This document shows positions 39,240-52,761 of a stretch of DNA of 64,000 nt, in pieces. Source of the DNA: Octopus vulgaris. Its lineage: Eukaryota. Each line of letters starts with the position of its first letter. Position 1 is the first letter of the stretch. The notes under the pieces were generated by a model, which had not been told where the DNA came from, made no database searches, and worked only from the letters and a program-made list of their open reading frames with translations. The stretch spans positions 2,976,001 through 3,040,000 of the forward strand of contig OX597819.1 of assembly GCA_951406725.2 (NCBI GenBank). Reading direction: 5' to 3'. The position numbers and the translations under genes were made by a program.

Positions 39240-40135
39240 GGATGTGAAAGAAGTTAGTGTTGAAATACACAGCTCACATCAAACTATACTTTGAAATAAA
39301 AAGAACAGATCCTCAGCTCTACAGGTCTTTCTTGCAATCAGACTTCGACACAATGCAGAAATTACTGACTGGCAATTGTACCACCATGCATTCTGGGAGG
39401 AAAAACCGGACTTTTACATACTCTCTTTACAACACCAGTCATCCTAAGATATCTGCTGTGAACATGACCTGGGCATTATTGTTGACAGCAGTTTATATTG
39501 GACAAATCACATCTCTAAAATGGTGAAGAAGACTGAGGGTGTCTTAGCATCACTCAGAAAGGCCTTTGTCAGCTGCTCTCCAGCTACCTATTTAAAGTTC
39601 GCATCACCAGTCTGGAACCCCTATCTTGCACAGTATATCAATCTCTTGGAAACTGTTCAGAAACGTGCAACCAAATGAATACCAGCCGTCAGGCATCTAG
39701 AATACTTTGAACATATTAACTTCCCTGGGCATGGACACATTAAAGTTTAGATGTCTGGCAACTGACTTGGCAAACACAAGATTATCCAACAACAACCACC
39801 TTGGATATCTTTTTGTAAACACCTGTGGATATGTTTTCGAAATCAAAAAAACAACACAGCATCCATAATTTTTGAAACAATTTTTCATACTCAAATTTAC
39901 TGAAGCACGGAAAACTACCCGCATCATTTGGTAGCTGTCAGGATACTCCATCTTTCAAAACTTCCATGTCTGCTGAAATTTGCCAGCAGTACAACTGATG
40001 TCCCACCTCCTTTTTTTAACAACTTATATTCACTGTTGGCTTTCTGTGTAGACTCCCTCTACTGTTCATGCAGTTTTGGTTGGTTTTTCTGATGAGTGCA
40101 CTTGAACATTGTAAACAATAAATTCATTATTGTTA
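39240..40135 (+). mobile_element. older CR1/L2-type LINE 3' fragment
   Basis: ASPVWNPYLAQYINLLETVQKRATK-like segment near 39600-39675. 3' end similar to 9357-9738. Confidence 0.7.
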
Positions 40136-40189
40136 TTTTATAAAATAGTGATTGTAAAATACTAACCAGTTCTATCGAAGATAAATATT

Positions 40190-40740
40190 GCTTGAGAAGA
40201 CTCGGCAAGCTCAAGTGAGACCATAACCTTGAGGCCTATGCCAGGGGTGTAACCAGCCCACTTATGCGTACCTTTCCTTCATTGGACACTAAACTCTGCT
40301 TGCGAAGACCTGTTGAGGCAACTGAAATCGAAATCTGATGAGTGGCATCCGTGCTAGTGCAACACTAAGAGTACCATATGAGCGTGATCGTTGCCAGAGC
40401 AACAAGCTGGCCTCCATGCTGGTGGCATGTAAAAACACCATTTGAACGTGATCATTACCTGCGTCGCCTTACTGGCACGTGAAAAAACATTCATGCGAGG
40501 TTGCAGAAAGCAACATTTGAGTGTGTCTGTTGCCAGTACCGCCTGACTGGCCCTCGTGCCGGTGGCATGTAAAAGCACCCACTACACTCTCGGAGTGGTT
40601 GGCGATAGGAAGGGTATCCAGCTGTAGAAACTCTGCCAGATGAGATGGAGTCTGGTGCAGCCATCTGGTTCGCCAGACCTCAGTCAAATCGTCCAACCAA
40701 TGCTAGCATGGAAAGCGGACGTTAAACGATGATGATGATG
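40190..40740 (+). mobile_element. RTE-3'UTR-related SINE or LINE end with (GAT)n tail
   Basis: Shares GCACCCACTACACTCTCGGAGTGGTTGGCG...GCATGGAAAGCGGACGTTAAACGATGATG with 26444-27000 (-) and 63515-63815 (-). A fragment also occurs at about 41880-42020. Confidence 0.75.
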
Positions 40741-42299
40741 AACCACTGCCTAAATTGCAAAAACACAGAAATTAGTAAATAGATTGTATATAAAAATTTA
40801 AAATATATTTTTTAGTTCATGTTAAGGTGCACAACTAAAAGTTGTTCAGGATACATTTTAGGATATTGTAGTTATTATGCCTTTAAAGGAAAGCAGCTAT
40901 CTGTTCTAATTGGTTTTAAGATGAGTACTGTTTATACTTAAGATTGATATTGAAGACTTGAAAGAAAATGTTTCCAAGAGTATATTTCTCTTAGGTAAAA
41001 GGAAAAGAAATTCTAAATGTCACTTTATTTCAATGACATAGAGATATTTTCAGTGTACACACATAGTTATGTTCGTCATAAGTTTTTTGGGGAGGGAATT
41101 AAATAGATATACTTTATATTGATTCACCGTTACTGTAATTGGCTATTAAAGAATGTAAGGATATATAGATATCTTTTATTGTAACTAAAGCCTCCCTATC
41201 ATTTCTGTATGTAAAGGATGTGTGTATGGAGCTATATGCATAAGTAACTGCATGCACATATTATATACATGCATTTATATGTGTGTATGCATATATGAAT
41301 GTATATAGTATATTAATATATATTTATATTATCTATATGTATTTGTCAGATATATCTATATAATGTGTGTTAATGTAGTTTTTTTATATATATATACATA
41401 CATATGCATCTATAAACAAACATATATATATATGCATATACATGTATAAAGGTGTGTATATATATGTATGGTGTGTGTGTGTGTGTGTATATATGTATCT
41501 ATATATATATATATATTTAGGTGTATATAGGTTGTAAATGTAGGTCTGTCAGGGTGCGGTACATGTATGTATATGTAATAGTGTGTGTGTGTGTACATAT
41601 ACATGAGTGTTATTAAATTATGTATGAAGTTATATCTGTGTATATAGGTGTTTGTTGTGGTGTGTGTATGAATATATATATACACACACATGCACATATG
41701 TATGTGTGTGTGTGTTCTGTCAACCCTATATTTCATGTCACCCATTGTACTGTCTTCTATTTACCTTTTGACCTCCCTCTACCTTTCATCCATCTTACAT
41801 ACATTATGCAGGTATATATGATGAGCTTCCAATTTTTTTCTACCAAATCCATTCATAAGGCTTTGGTTGGCCCAGATCGTTAGCTGCATCGCCTTACTGG
41901 CACTTGTGCTGGTGGCACGTGAAAAAACATTCATGCGAGGTTGCAGAAAGCACCATTTGAGTGTGGCTGTTGCCAGTACCGCCTGACTGGCCCTCGTGCC
42001 GGTGGCATGTAAAAGCACTCACTATTGTAGAAGACACTTGCACAAAGTGTCACACAGTAGGATTGAACCTAAGAGCACATGGTTAAGTAACCACCTTCTT
42101 AATCACACAGCCACAGCTGTGCTTGTGATTTGAGTAAATAACATATATGATTAACAATTTCTTGCCAGACATCTCTGAAGCAACAAAACCACCGATCATG
42201 TTAGAATTTACTTTGCACTGCAAAGAGCGTATTTGTGAAATCAATGAAATGAAATATGCAAAGTACCAGGAGCAGAAGTTTAAAAACACAATATGAGTC

Positions 42300-43150
42300 T
42301 ATAAAGGTGGACTGAAGAGGCTTTACAGATGTTCACATTGCAAAGTCCTCAACTGATTAGGCTTTGCAGTGGTGGAAAAGAAAAGGACCATTCAGTTTGC
42401 AAGTCAAGTTATTGAGAAAGCCACAAGGTGGTTTTGGATTAAGAAGGCTGCTCCATGGGTTATAGCTGCTAGAATGTAAAACTGGAATCAGAGGCAGGTT
42501 AACAGAGAAAGCAGAATTTCTATGTGGCTGTTGTGTACAAGAAATAAACACAAAGATCACGTAAGAGATAGATGCTTTCAAATGCCCTTAGATTCCATTA
42601 GAGGTAGTAGATAGCTTCTGTTATGTAGGTTGCCTAATTAGCAGTGGTAGATGTTCTCAAAGTATGGTAGTTAGAATAAGAACAGGGTGCAGAAGGTTGA
42701 GGGAGCTATTACCTCTGTTGGTAACAAATGATTTTTATCTCAGTTTGAAAGGCAGACTGGCTGAGATCTTGTATACAAACTACAATGCTACATGGTAGTG
42801 AGATATGGGCCCTTAATGCAAAGGACTCGCAAAAACTGAACAGAAATGAAGGAAGCATGCTCTGCTGGATGTGCGATGTCAGTGTGCATGGATAACAAAA
42901 TACAAGTGTGTTGAGGTAAATGGGGTATAAGAGGAATGAGATGTAGTGTGCAAGAGAGACAGCTGCAGTGGTTTTGTTATGGGATGCGTATGAGTGAGGA
43001 TCGGTGTATAAAGAAGTGTCTCTCACTTACAGTGAATGGAAACAAGAAGGTGTGGAATGGAGGGGGGGGGGGGGGCGAAGGGTGACCGGGTTGTTTAGTC
43101 TTAAAAAGGACCGAGATGACGCGACATGCAATGCTCGAGAAAATCTGCCT
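42300..43150 (+). mobile_element. decayed RTE-clade LINE 3' fragment
   Basis: VDSFCY.G, MLHGSEIW and MLCWMCDVSV remnants, homologous to the other RTE copies. Confidence 0.65.
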
Positions 43151-45739
43151 AGTTATGTGGCATAGTATTTTGTGTCGTGGTATTTTGGGCAGGTGTCTTC
43201 TACTGGAGCCACACAAAGCCTTGTGAGTGTATCAAGTAGAGAGAAATTAAAAAGACTGTTGTGTGTGTGTGTATATGTCTGAGTGTTTGTACTCCTTTGT
43301 CTTTGCATCATATGATAATTGTAAAATTAGTGTTGCTGTAATTTTTTATCTTCAGTTCCCATGTGCAGCCATGGGAAATATTACTTGGAAACAGGTGAGG
43401 TTTGGCAGAAGGAAGGGTGTGTAGCCATAGAAAATCTGCCTTAGTGAATTTCGTCTGACCCATGCAAGCATAGAAAAACAGAGCTTAAAATGATGAGGGT
43501 GATGTTGATGGGATGTTTCAATGCGTGCATGTGTACACATGCACAAATGAAAATATGTTTATATATGCAGATATATTAAGCATAAAGCACCCATTGCCAC
43601 TCTGTAAAGTGGTTGGTATCACAAAGGGCATCCAGCCATAGAAACATTGCCAAAGCAGACGTTTGAACACGACTTATCCAATCCTGTCAAACCAAACTAG
43701 CTTGGAGAATTGAGAAACGTGTTAAATAATTCAAACATACACATGTATATAACCATAACAGCTCAAAAGTTTAAGTGCAACATTGCATTATATTCACCAC
43801 CATAACCTCCTAAACCATCCCCAACCAACACTATGCTCCCACTTTAAAACAATCTGTATACATAAAAAAAACCCCAGTTCCTCTTCAAGGTAACCTTTTA
43901 ACAAATAAAAGAAAAAAAAATCTAGGGGACAACACAAAATACAAATTCATCATAATTACTGTAAGTATTGAAATACTGGGATAAGCTTACATTATCTAAA
44001 TTTTATGCATCGGTTTTGAGTGCTAGAATGATGTCAACATGCTCACAGGCTAACATAATTGATTACCTTGATTTGATGGAACAATCACCCAGTGTACCAG
44101 TTTTATGACTCCCATGCCAAATCACTGGAAGCCATATATTCCACTGCACAGGTATTTTTATTATCTATATTTTGCACCTTACCTGATGCACAACTAGTTG
44201 ACTTTTACATAACTGAATGCATTCTAATATTGGTTTCAAACTTTGGCACAAGACTAGCAACTTCAGGGGAGAGGCTAAATCGATTACATTGATCCCAGTA
44301 CTTGACTGGTACTTATTTTATCGACCTCAAAAGGTTGAAAGGTAAAGTTGTTTTTAACGGCATTTGAACTCAGACTGTAAAGAAGGACAAATGCCACTAA
44401 GCATTTTGCCAATTGTGCTTACACTTCTACCAGCTCACTGCTTTAGTGTACACTAATATTTGATATATAAGTTTTTGCAAATTTCTATAATTCATACCAA
44501 CAATACTGTCATAAATATGCTTGCAAACTACCCTTCCTTGCATGGCCCACCACATGCCCCAATTTGAAACATGATCCTGACCACTAATCGAATACACTAT
44601 GTACATAACATTTAGTTACAGTTGATAGTCTATAGCTGATTGGGCAACAGGTGAATAGACTAGCAGCAAAAGGCTAATGCACTGCTACTACAAATGATAA
44701 TACATTTAGTTAGACACCTAAAAATAAGCATTTCAAAAGACTAATGTAATATGAAAAAAGAAACACAAAAATACATATCTATTTTTTCATATACAATTGC
44801 CAAAATGCAATTCTCTTATACAATATAATCATCATTGTTTTAATGTTTATATCTCTATGCCCTCATGGGTCAGATGGAGTTTATTGAGGCAGATTTTATA
44901 TGGCTGAATGTCTCTCCTGCCACCAACCCATACTTCTTTCCAAGTAAGGTAATATTTCCTGTGGCGAGACATTTTTACAGAATATTGGAAACGAAAGACT
45001 TAGCTTCTATGACAGTGATACTCATTTACAACTGCTGCAATGTTAAGACAAAGACACACACACACACGCATACACATGCATATATGATGAGCTTTCCATC
45101 TACCAAATCCACTCACAAAGCTTTGGCTGGCCCATGACTGTAATAGAAGACACTTGCCCTAGGTACCATGCAGTGGGACTGAATTCAAAACTATGTGGTT
45201 GGGTAACAAAGTTCTCAACCTTTTAGTTATACCTGTAATGATATATATATATCATTATGAGAGAGGGTGGGAGTGGGATTATATAGAAGTGGGTTGATGG
45301 GAAATATCAGTATGGGCTGGATTGTAGGAGGAGATAAGAGTGACCCAGGAATGATAGTTCAAGGAGTAGATGATGAGCAAGGCAGAGGAGTGGTAGGGAG
45401 AGTGATGTAGAGGTAGCTGAGAGGGTGTTGAGAATAATAGAAAATATTCAAAGTGTTAAGGTGGGAGGAGAGGGTGAGGTAGTACATGGGAGGGGTTGAT
45501 AATGAGAATGAAGGATGGAAGCAGAAACGCATAGCACAAAAAGTTAAGGGATGTGAAGAGGAGGCAGTTGAGATGGTGTAATACTTGTTGGGGACAATGT
45601 GTGTGTGTGTGTGTATTGGACTGTCTCTATTGTAAATGAGAATTCAGCTGAACTCAACCCCACAGTTTTCTTAGTTCAGTGTTTTATTATGTTGTCTTGC
45701 AGGGGAATTCAGGCCTATCCAGGATTTGTAGATCTGGGT

Positions 45740-45897
45740 GCATGTATGTGTGTGTATATATGTATTCGTATACGTGGATGTATGTATACATGTCTATGTA
45801 TGTATGTATATATATATATATCTACATATATAACCACATGTGTATATATATATGTACATATAAATATGTGTGTGTGTATGTATTATATATATATCTT

Positions 45898-45963
<66 letters not shown>

Positions 45964-46660
45964 CGTGTGTAAACATAGGCGTCTGTATATGCATACACAT
46001 GTATCCAGGTAGATGCATACATGTGTATGTATATATATATGTGTGTGTGTACAAATGTATATTTATACATATGTACATATATTTGTGTGTATGTATGTAT
46101 AGAAGAGGTTATAATCAAAGTTGTGTTCTTATGAAGCACATCTGCACATTCCAGTAATCAAATGTATTTAAGTAGATGTTTATTTTGAATGAGAAAGTCA
46201 TTCATACCAGTTGAAAATCTTAGTGAGTCATATTTGCAGTGTAAAGTATATATTAGAACAAAGACTGGAAAGTTTGGTATAGTTTTAAAGTGAACTTTCC
46301 GGTCTTTGTTTTAATGTATGTGTATATATGTATGTACATGTATATATAAATGTATATGTGTATCAGTATATGTATATATGTGTGTATATATGTTTATATA
46401 TGTAGTTGTATGTATGTGTATATATGTATATATATATATATGCACCTATACATTTACATATATGTACACAAGAAGTGCATATTTATGCATGTGTAAATGT
46501 CTATTTTTGTATATATAGATACATATGTATCTGTGCTGTACGTGTATCTGTATACATATTGGTATGTATGTGTGTGTGTGTATATATATATTGTCTGTAT
46601 TGTGTATTCTTGTACATATGTGCGTATATATGTGTGTGTTTGTGCGTTTATATATATTGT
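45740..46660. repeat. degenerate (TA)n/(TG)n low-complexity tracts
   Basis: Alternating purine-pyrimidine runs. Similar tracts at 41220-41715, 33152-33279, 31698-31756, 6798-6848 and 2998-3051. Confidence 0.9.
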
Positions 46661-47874
46661 GAGAGCTTGTAGCTTGTAATGTTGTAAGTGGCCATGATAG
46701 AATAAAGTTTTCCAGCAATAAAACACTGAATACAAGTACTTATGAATTTTACTAATTTGTGGTCAACTGCAGGCTGTTTTGTTGTGTATTTACATAAAAT
46801 TCAATGTTGTATCAAATGAAAGAATATACATTTTCAGAGTATAAATATGGAAAAATCACGAGATTAGGTATTAATAATTTCTGCATTAAGATGTTTACAT
46901 TTCTCACTTTTAAAATGAAAACTTATTTTATAAATCATCATAGATGTACATGTATAGTGGGATAGATAGAGAGGGGCCAATAACTAAGTGGAAAGCTGAT
47001 AGAAGACAGGAAAAGATGGGAATGCTGTAGAGGGTAAGAAATAGGATGGGTTTGTTAGGGGGAGAGAAGAGAGAGGGAACTGGTTACTTACTTAATTCTG
47101 AAGATAAAATGAATAAGAATAGTCTATTACTGCAAAGGTTTTTTGTGTCATTTTTAAAAATAAAAATGGAAAAAATATAGGAAAGTGTTGAAAATGTAGA
47201 TGTAAGGAAATCTCAACATATGGGTGTTAGTGACATAAATATCTTCTATCAGATATGACTAAAAACTTCAACCGAGATGGAGTGAAATATATATTTTTAG
47301 ATAATTCTATCACTAACTCCCGTTAGTAAACTTCTTGAAAGTCTAAAAAAACATTGATTCTCATAGTGAAAATTTAAACATTCATGATAACTGCAAATTT
47401 AAATATTAGTAAAGATATAAATATTCATGACAACTGAGCTACAAACACCCCTTATATTTTACATCAAAGGTACAAAAAGCTAATTCCCCCCATAAAAACT
47501 GATAAACCTCATAAAAACTGATATTGTGAAAATTAGTTAAGGGATTTTGACAAAACAGTCTCATAAGTTATAGAGGTATCTTCCTTATGTATATGACAGA
47601 ATTGACAAGAAATGATTTATTGGTTTGAAGGCATCTCTCGTATTAATACCAAATTCTTACAATTGGGTAGCAAAGAGTAATATTTTTCTATTAAAGAGTA
47701 TTGCTTTCTGTTATTCTTATTAAGACTAAAACCATTGCTGATTCATACACACACACACACATCATCATCATCATCGTTATATATATATAATCAGAAATAT
47801 TGAATTTCTAAATGTCTCAGAGAGACATGAGCGGTGGTGGAGCGATAGAGTGGTTGTATAAAGTCAACTTAACA

Positions 47875-48080
47875 TGACAGTCCTGTAAAGGGAATTACAC
47901 CACCGCTGTTTAGCCCTAGGAAGCATCGAACGCTTCCTGTCGGCTTTGACACATTTTCTGTGTCCTTATATTTGTATTTGTATATATAAGGACACAGGAA
48001 ATGTGTCAAAGCCGACAGGAAGCGTTCAATGCTTCCTAGGGCTAAACAGCGGTGGTGTAATTCCCTTTACGGGACTGTCA
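47875..48080. repeat. long near-perfect inverted repeat (97-bp arms, 12-nt loop)
   Basis: 47875-47971 is the reverse complement of 47984-48080 with 3 differences. Looser pairing extends to about 47852/48102. Confidence 0.95.
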
Positions 48081-48125
48081 CATTATGTTGACAGTATACA
48101 ACCTCTCTCTCTCTATCTATCTATC

Positions 48126-48163
<38 letters not shown>

Positions 48164-49177
48164 TCACATATAGTCTCTCTTAGTCTATTTTGAATCTTAA
48201 CCTCTGGTATTTCATCATTCAGTGGTATTTTTCGCTGTTTCTTCCACACACAATTCTCTTGTTTATTATCAACAATTTGATAGGTTTCTTTATTGCTTTA
48301 AAACATTTTTTTAGGTGTTGATTAGAGTTTTAGTTGTGATTAAATTTTACTGTTTTTATTTCATGCTGTTACTTTCACTTACCATTCTTAATTCTTGTCA
48401 TCCCATTCACTGTTGCTAGATCCAGTTTAGCCTATATATAACTCATCTTTTTCTCTTTAGAAAATTCTAAATTCTTTATATTTTACTTACTTTGTTTTGC
48501 TTCATAATTCATTTTGGCTCACATTCTTAAACTCAATTTAATACTGATTTACTTTACTTTTCCAAATTTTTTTTTTTCAATTATCACGTAAACAAAATCC
48601 TACAGCACTACAACTTTTGTACTAGTAAATTACTCTTTATTTCATTTTGATTCTTTCTCTTTCCCTGCCATTTGGCTCCTTCTCTCTCACCTTACATTCT
48701 CCCCACCAAACTATTTCTCATGCTTTTCCTCTCCCTATCTTTCTAAGCAGTATCTCCTTCTTTCATTCATTTTGAAATCTAGGAACAAAAGTTTCTTAGT
48801 ATTTAAATTGCAATCCCTAATCTCTTCCCTTGTATTCTAAATTGTTCCATACTTGCTCTCCATAACTACGTATTCTCTCACTTGATACAACTTTGCAATC
48901 ATCCGATGCAGACCTGATGTAGATTGACGCAAATTATTAAAATTGGTGTGTGTCTGTGTGTGTGCACTCGCCTCTAAGCATATGTGTTCTTTCAGAAGAA
49001 AGCTCATGTGAGAAAGAGAAGTGAAAAATTTTGGCTGTTTTAGAATTGGGTTACTAATTCCCATTCCCTAAATTATGAAAATTTAGAAACATATTCCTCT
49101 TATTTAAAAAAAAAGAAGTAAAATTTTCATCCATGCTTCTTCAATGTTCATATCAATTGTTTTTCTCACTATTACAG

Positions 49178-49273
49178 GATGCTATTAAATATGAAAATGG
49201 TCGAGAAGTATGTAATTCAAGTATCATTGTAGAATGGGCAAAAGGCAACCCAAGACGTCCTTTAGTCAGTAAT
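49178..49273 (+). CDS. SR splicing factor, coding exon 4 (end of RRM)
   Basis: attacag|GAT... encodes DAIKYENGREVCNSSIIVEWAKGNPRRPL(VSN). Phase-0 donors at 49265 (gtcagt) and 49274 (gtaagt). Confidence 0.9.
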
Positions 49274-50152
49274 GTAAGTATTTTTCTATAAACTGTTTTA
49301 GTGGTGCAATTTAAGGTGATTAAATTGATTCTTGATGTGGACAAGTATTTTATTTCATTACCTGTGGAAGAAAGATAAAGTTAATCTTGATGAGATTTGA
49401 ACTTAGATCATAGTACATTTTGTCCAAAGCTCAAATGATTCTGCTTGTCCATTGCTTACTAATAAAATTAATAGTAGTAATAATCATAATAATCAAGTAA
49501 GTGATTGACAATAAAATCTTTTTCATTAGAAAGGTGGGATATAAATGCTTGCAGATATTAGGCAGGGAATTAAGACCTTGAATACAGGAAAAATATTAGC
49601 AATATAGTTATTAATGAGGAAATAAGGAAAACTGTGATAACTGCACTAAAAGAAGTAATTAAAATAGTGGAAATATAAAATCTAGGGAATTAGAAACAAG
49701 ATTTTAGGAGTCACATAAAAGTGGTAAAAATCCAGTAGGGTTGGGGAAGGCACTGAAAGGATATCAAAAAGTTTATTTAAAAGGGAGCAGAGGAAGAAGT
49801 TGTAATTTGAAGATTAAATTAGCTACAAATAAAAATACAAAATCCTTTTAGTGAGGTAAAACAAAAAAGACTATGATCAAATTAAAGATGAACTTGGAGT
49901 TCACTATTTGGGGTTATAGATGTGAATTTAAACTAATTATGAAGCAAAATAATAAGTAAAATCTAAAGAATTTAGAATTCTCTAATGAGAAATACACGGA
50001 GTAGAAGTCTAATGGTTAAAGTGGTTAAAAGAAAGTAGGGTGAATAAAAATAGTAATAGTGAAGGTATTGTGTTGTACCAGGGTACTTTGTACTGATACT
50101 CCAAGTGGAGAAGACAAAAATAGTTTCAAATCAGAAGTCCAGTCTCATAATG

Positions 50153-50473
50153 CAGTGGTCCCCAAACTTTCTTTACACCACTGATTGATTTCAAGCAAAA
50201 CAATTTTTTTCCTTGAACCTGGGATCACATGCTCTTATTATACTTACAATTAGCTTGTGTTCTTTATTGGTGGACAAAAACACTGACTTATAAAAATGTA
50301 AGAAAAAGGCACAGATTGAAGTGGTAATTTCTTTTCAGAATGAAACACCTTGCAGACTGCTATATAGTCAATAAAACAGAAATAAAATTTAAACATTCAT
50401 TCTTTCCCTGTGGCCTTGTAACAAAGGATCCACGGCATGGTCTTAATCTGTATTCATCTTTTGGGGATCTCTA
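50153..50473. mobile_element. hAT (Charlie-like) MITE
   Basis: Termini CAGTGGTCCCCAAA and TTTGGGGATCTCTA. Flanks TCATAATG and CTATAATG are an imperfect 8-bp TSD. Confidence 0.55.
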
Positions 50474-51569
50474 CTATAATGATTCTGCTACAAGGAAGAT
50501 GGAAAGGATCAGAGTTTTCTCCCTTCCATTCGAGCTTTCTCCACTTCCTTCAAAATGAATGCAAATAAGGCGAATATAATTTTTGTAATTATGTATTTCG
50601 GGGCTGGTTAACTGACGTAATCCTGTTAAGTCCAGGAAGTTAAGAGTTAATCTTGTGTAATTTTTTTAATCATCTAACCTGATGAGATATTGTACAAAGA
50701 TAAAATAAAATATAAATAGGATTCAGAAAATCAATTAATTTCAACTTTTCCCCTATCTGACCATGTAAAATATTCAATCTTTTCTTTCAGTATATAAGAA
50801 CAAGAAATATATTTTAAGGGTTTGTCTGCTCAGTTTTTAACATTCATTTTTGGGTTTAAAAACGACATGATCACCATTCGTACATTTTACATTCTTTTTT
50901 TTCCTTCCATGAAAATGTCTATAAATCGAACATTTGCCTGTGTTGATGTAAATGTTTTAAAGGCTGACTGCAGCACCAATATGATTGTCACTTAATATTC
51001 AATTAAATCCCAAATTGGGAAGGTTTGACCATGTATCTGCACCAATTTATGTAGGCCCTATCAAAGGTTTTTTTTTTTTTTTTTTTGCTAAAAACTAACA
51101 GTGCTCATGCATTTATCTCTCTTCATAGCACTAGTGTTATTTAAGGAAAAAAGCTTGTCTCAAAGGCCAATACACCTTGGTACCAGTAATGTTGCAGGTA
51201 CTGCTGTCAGATACTGCAGAGCATCTATCTCATTTGATGCTTTAACAGTTCCACCTACCCTGAACTCATACTTTTTCTGCTGACACCTAAAAGATGAAAA
51301 ACTTAAGTCAGTTTGAACTGAGAGTGATGGGTGTCGGAGCAAATAGTGTGAGGCATTTTGTTCAGTGCTTTTACACCTCTGCCAAGTCACCTCTTTTCAA
51401 TTAGATGAATACAAAAGACGTCAAAAGATAACATTTATTTTATATTTATGAATAATTTAATTACAGTAATAGTAATTTGAGTTCATAGGGAAAAGTATTT
51501 TTTTACATTGTAGTGATTATATCATATAAATAAAATATACTAATGAAAATAAACTATAAATTTGTTTAG

Positions 51570-51703
51570 GGCTATGATGAATGCTATCGCTGCCATCGAC
51601 CTGGACATTGGGCTCGGGATTGCCCTGATGATCGTTACTATGGTTACAGAAGGCCCGAGCGCAGTAGCTACTACAGATCACCATCTCCACGCCGAAGACG
51701 AAG
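51570..51703 (+). CDS. SR splicing factor, coding exon 5 (CCHC zinc knuckle)
   Basis: tttgtttag|GGC... encodes GYDECYRCHRPGHWARDCPDDRYYGYRRPERSSYYRSPSPRRRR, containing CX2CX4HX4C. Phase-2 donor AG|gtagtt. Confidence 0.93.
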
Positions 51704-51810
51704 GTAGTTATCAGTTTTTTTTACTGTTTCAGAGGAAATTTGATGTATGTTGTGTGTAATATGTCTATATATATATTTATGTATCTATTTTGTTTTTTCT
51801 CAATATGTAG

Positions 51811-52225
51811 ATCTCGATCAAGGTCACGATCCAGAGACAGGCGTCGCAGAAGATCTCGAACAAGGTCTCATAGTAGAGATCGCAGTCGTAGTAGAGACCA
51901 CAGGAGTAGTAGTAGAGACAGAAGACGACGTAGTCCAAGCAGTGAACATCGACGAGGTCGAGACAAACTTAGTCCAGATCACTATCGACGAGACAAAAGT
52001 AGATCTCGATCAAAGAGCCGTTCTCGATCTGTTAGTCAATCCAGAAGTAGATCTGTTAGCCGTTCCAGAAGTAGATCCCGAAGTGCTTCCAAAGGGAAAA
52101 CAAATGGAGAACAGGAAACTGTTGCAGTGAAACCAGATCATTCTCATTCATCTAGTCGGTCACGCAGTAGATCGAGGGACAAGTTTACACGGCAGTCAAG
52201 AAGCAGAAGTGTTTCGCAAAGCTGA
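51811..52225 (+). CDS. SR splicing factor, last coding exon (RS domain)
   Basis: caatatgtag|ATCTCGATCA..., in frame with ORF 51740..52225 (RSRSRSRDRRRRRSRTRS...SRSVSQS), TGA at 52223-52225. Summed exons are 819 nt (273 codons) with the distal exon-4 donor. Confidence 0.95.
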
Positions 52226-52414
52226 AGACTAACAAAATTTTACACAGGCCATCCATTGTTTTCATTTCTCTATATAAACTGTATTAGATCTTGAAATTCT
52301 ACTTTTTGCTTGCAGTCATTAAAAGTTTTCTTACATTTATTTTTTTTTTCATTTCTTCTTTCATCAGCTTGTTTCAGTGGCATCTTCCTATTAAACATTC
52401 AATTTCTACGCATT

Positions 52415-52460
<46 letters not shown>

Positions 52461-52716
52461 TATCAACCATCCAAAGTCTTAGTAACTAATGACTCTACTT
52501 TTCATTCTTCTGTTAAAATCTTCAGCTGACTGCTATGATTTTTTTAATCATTCAAAAGAAATATTCCCCTCCATCTCTTTCACATATTTGTGTTAAATTT
52601 CTTAAATTTTAATCTACTTCATAAGATCTCATCCTGTATTGATTATTTCCACTTCTTCAAGACTACTTGGTAATTGTTATTGTCTGCACTGTATAAACAC
52701 TAATTTGTCTATTACA

Positions 52717-52761
52717 AATAAATTAAATTAATTCCACTATTGTTTTACTTCAGCCTTTATT
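52717..52761. terminator. candidate convergent polyadenylation signals
   Basis: AATAAA on + at 52717-52722 and AATAAA on - (TTTATT) at 52756-52761, between the two stop codons. Other candidates exist (ATTAAA near 52318 and 52390; TTTATT at 52843). Confidence 0.35.

Noticed and set aside
45599-46735. Cluster of overlapping Y/I/C/V/H/T-rich ORFs (also near 33082, 41410, 31631 and 6204)
   Set aside because: Stop-poor dinucleotide repeats with no domain-like content.
51562-52130. ORFs 51562..51759 and 51747..52130
   Set aside because: Alternative frames overlapping the true zinc-knuckle and RS exons.
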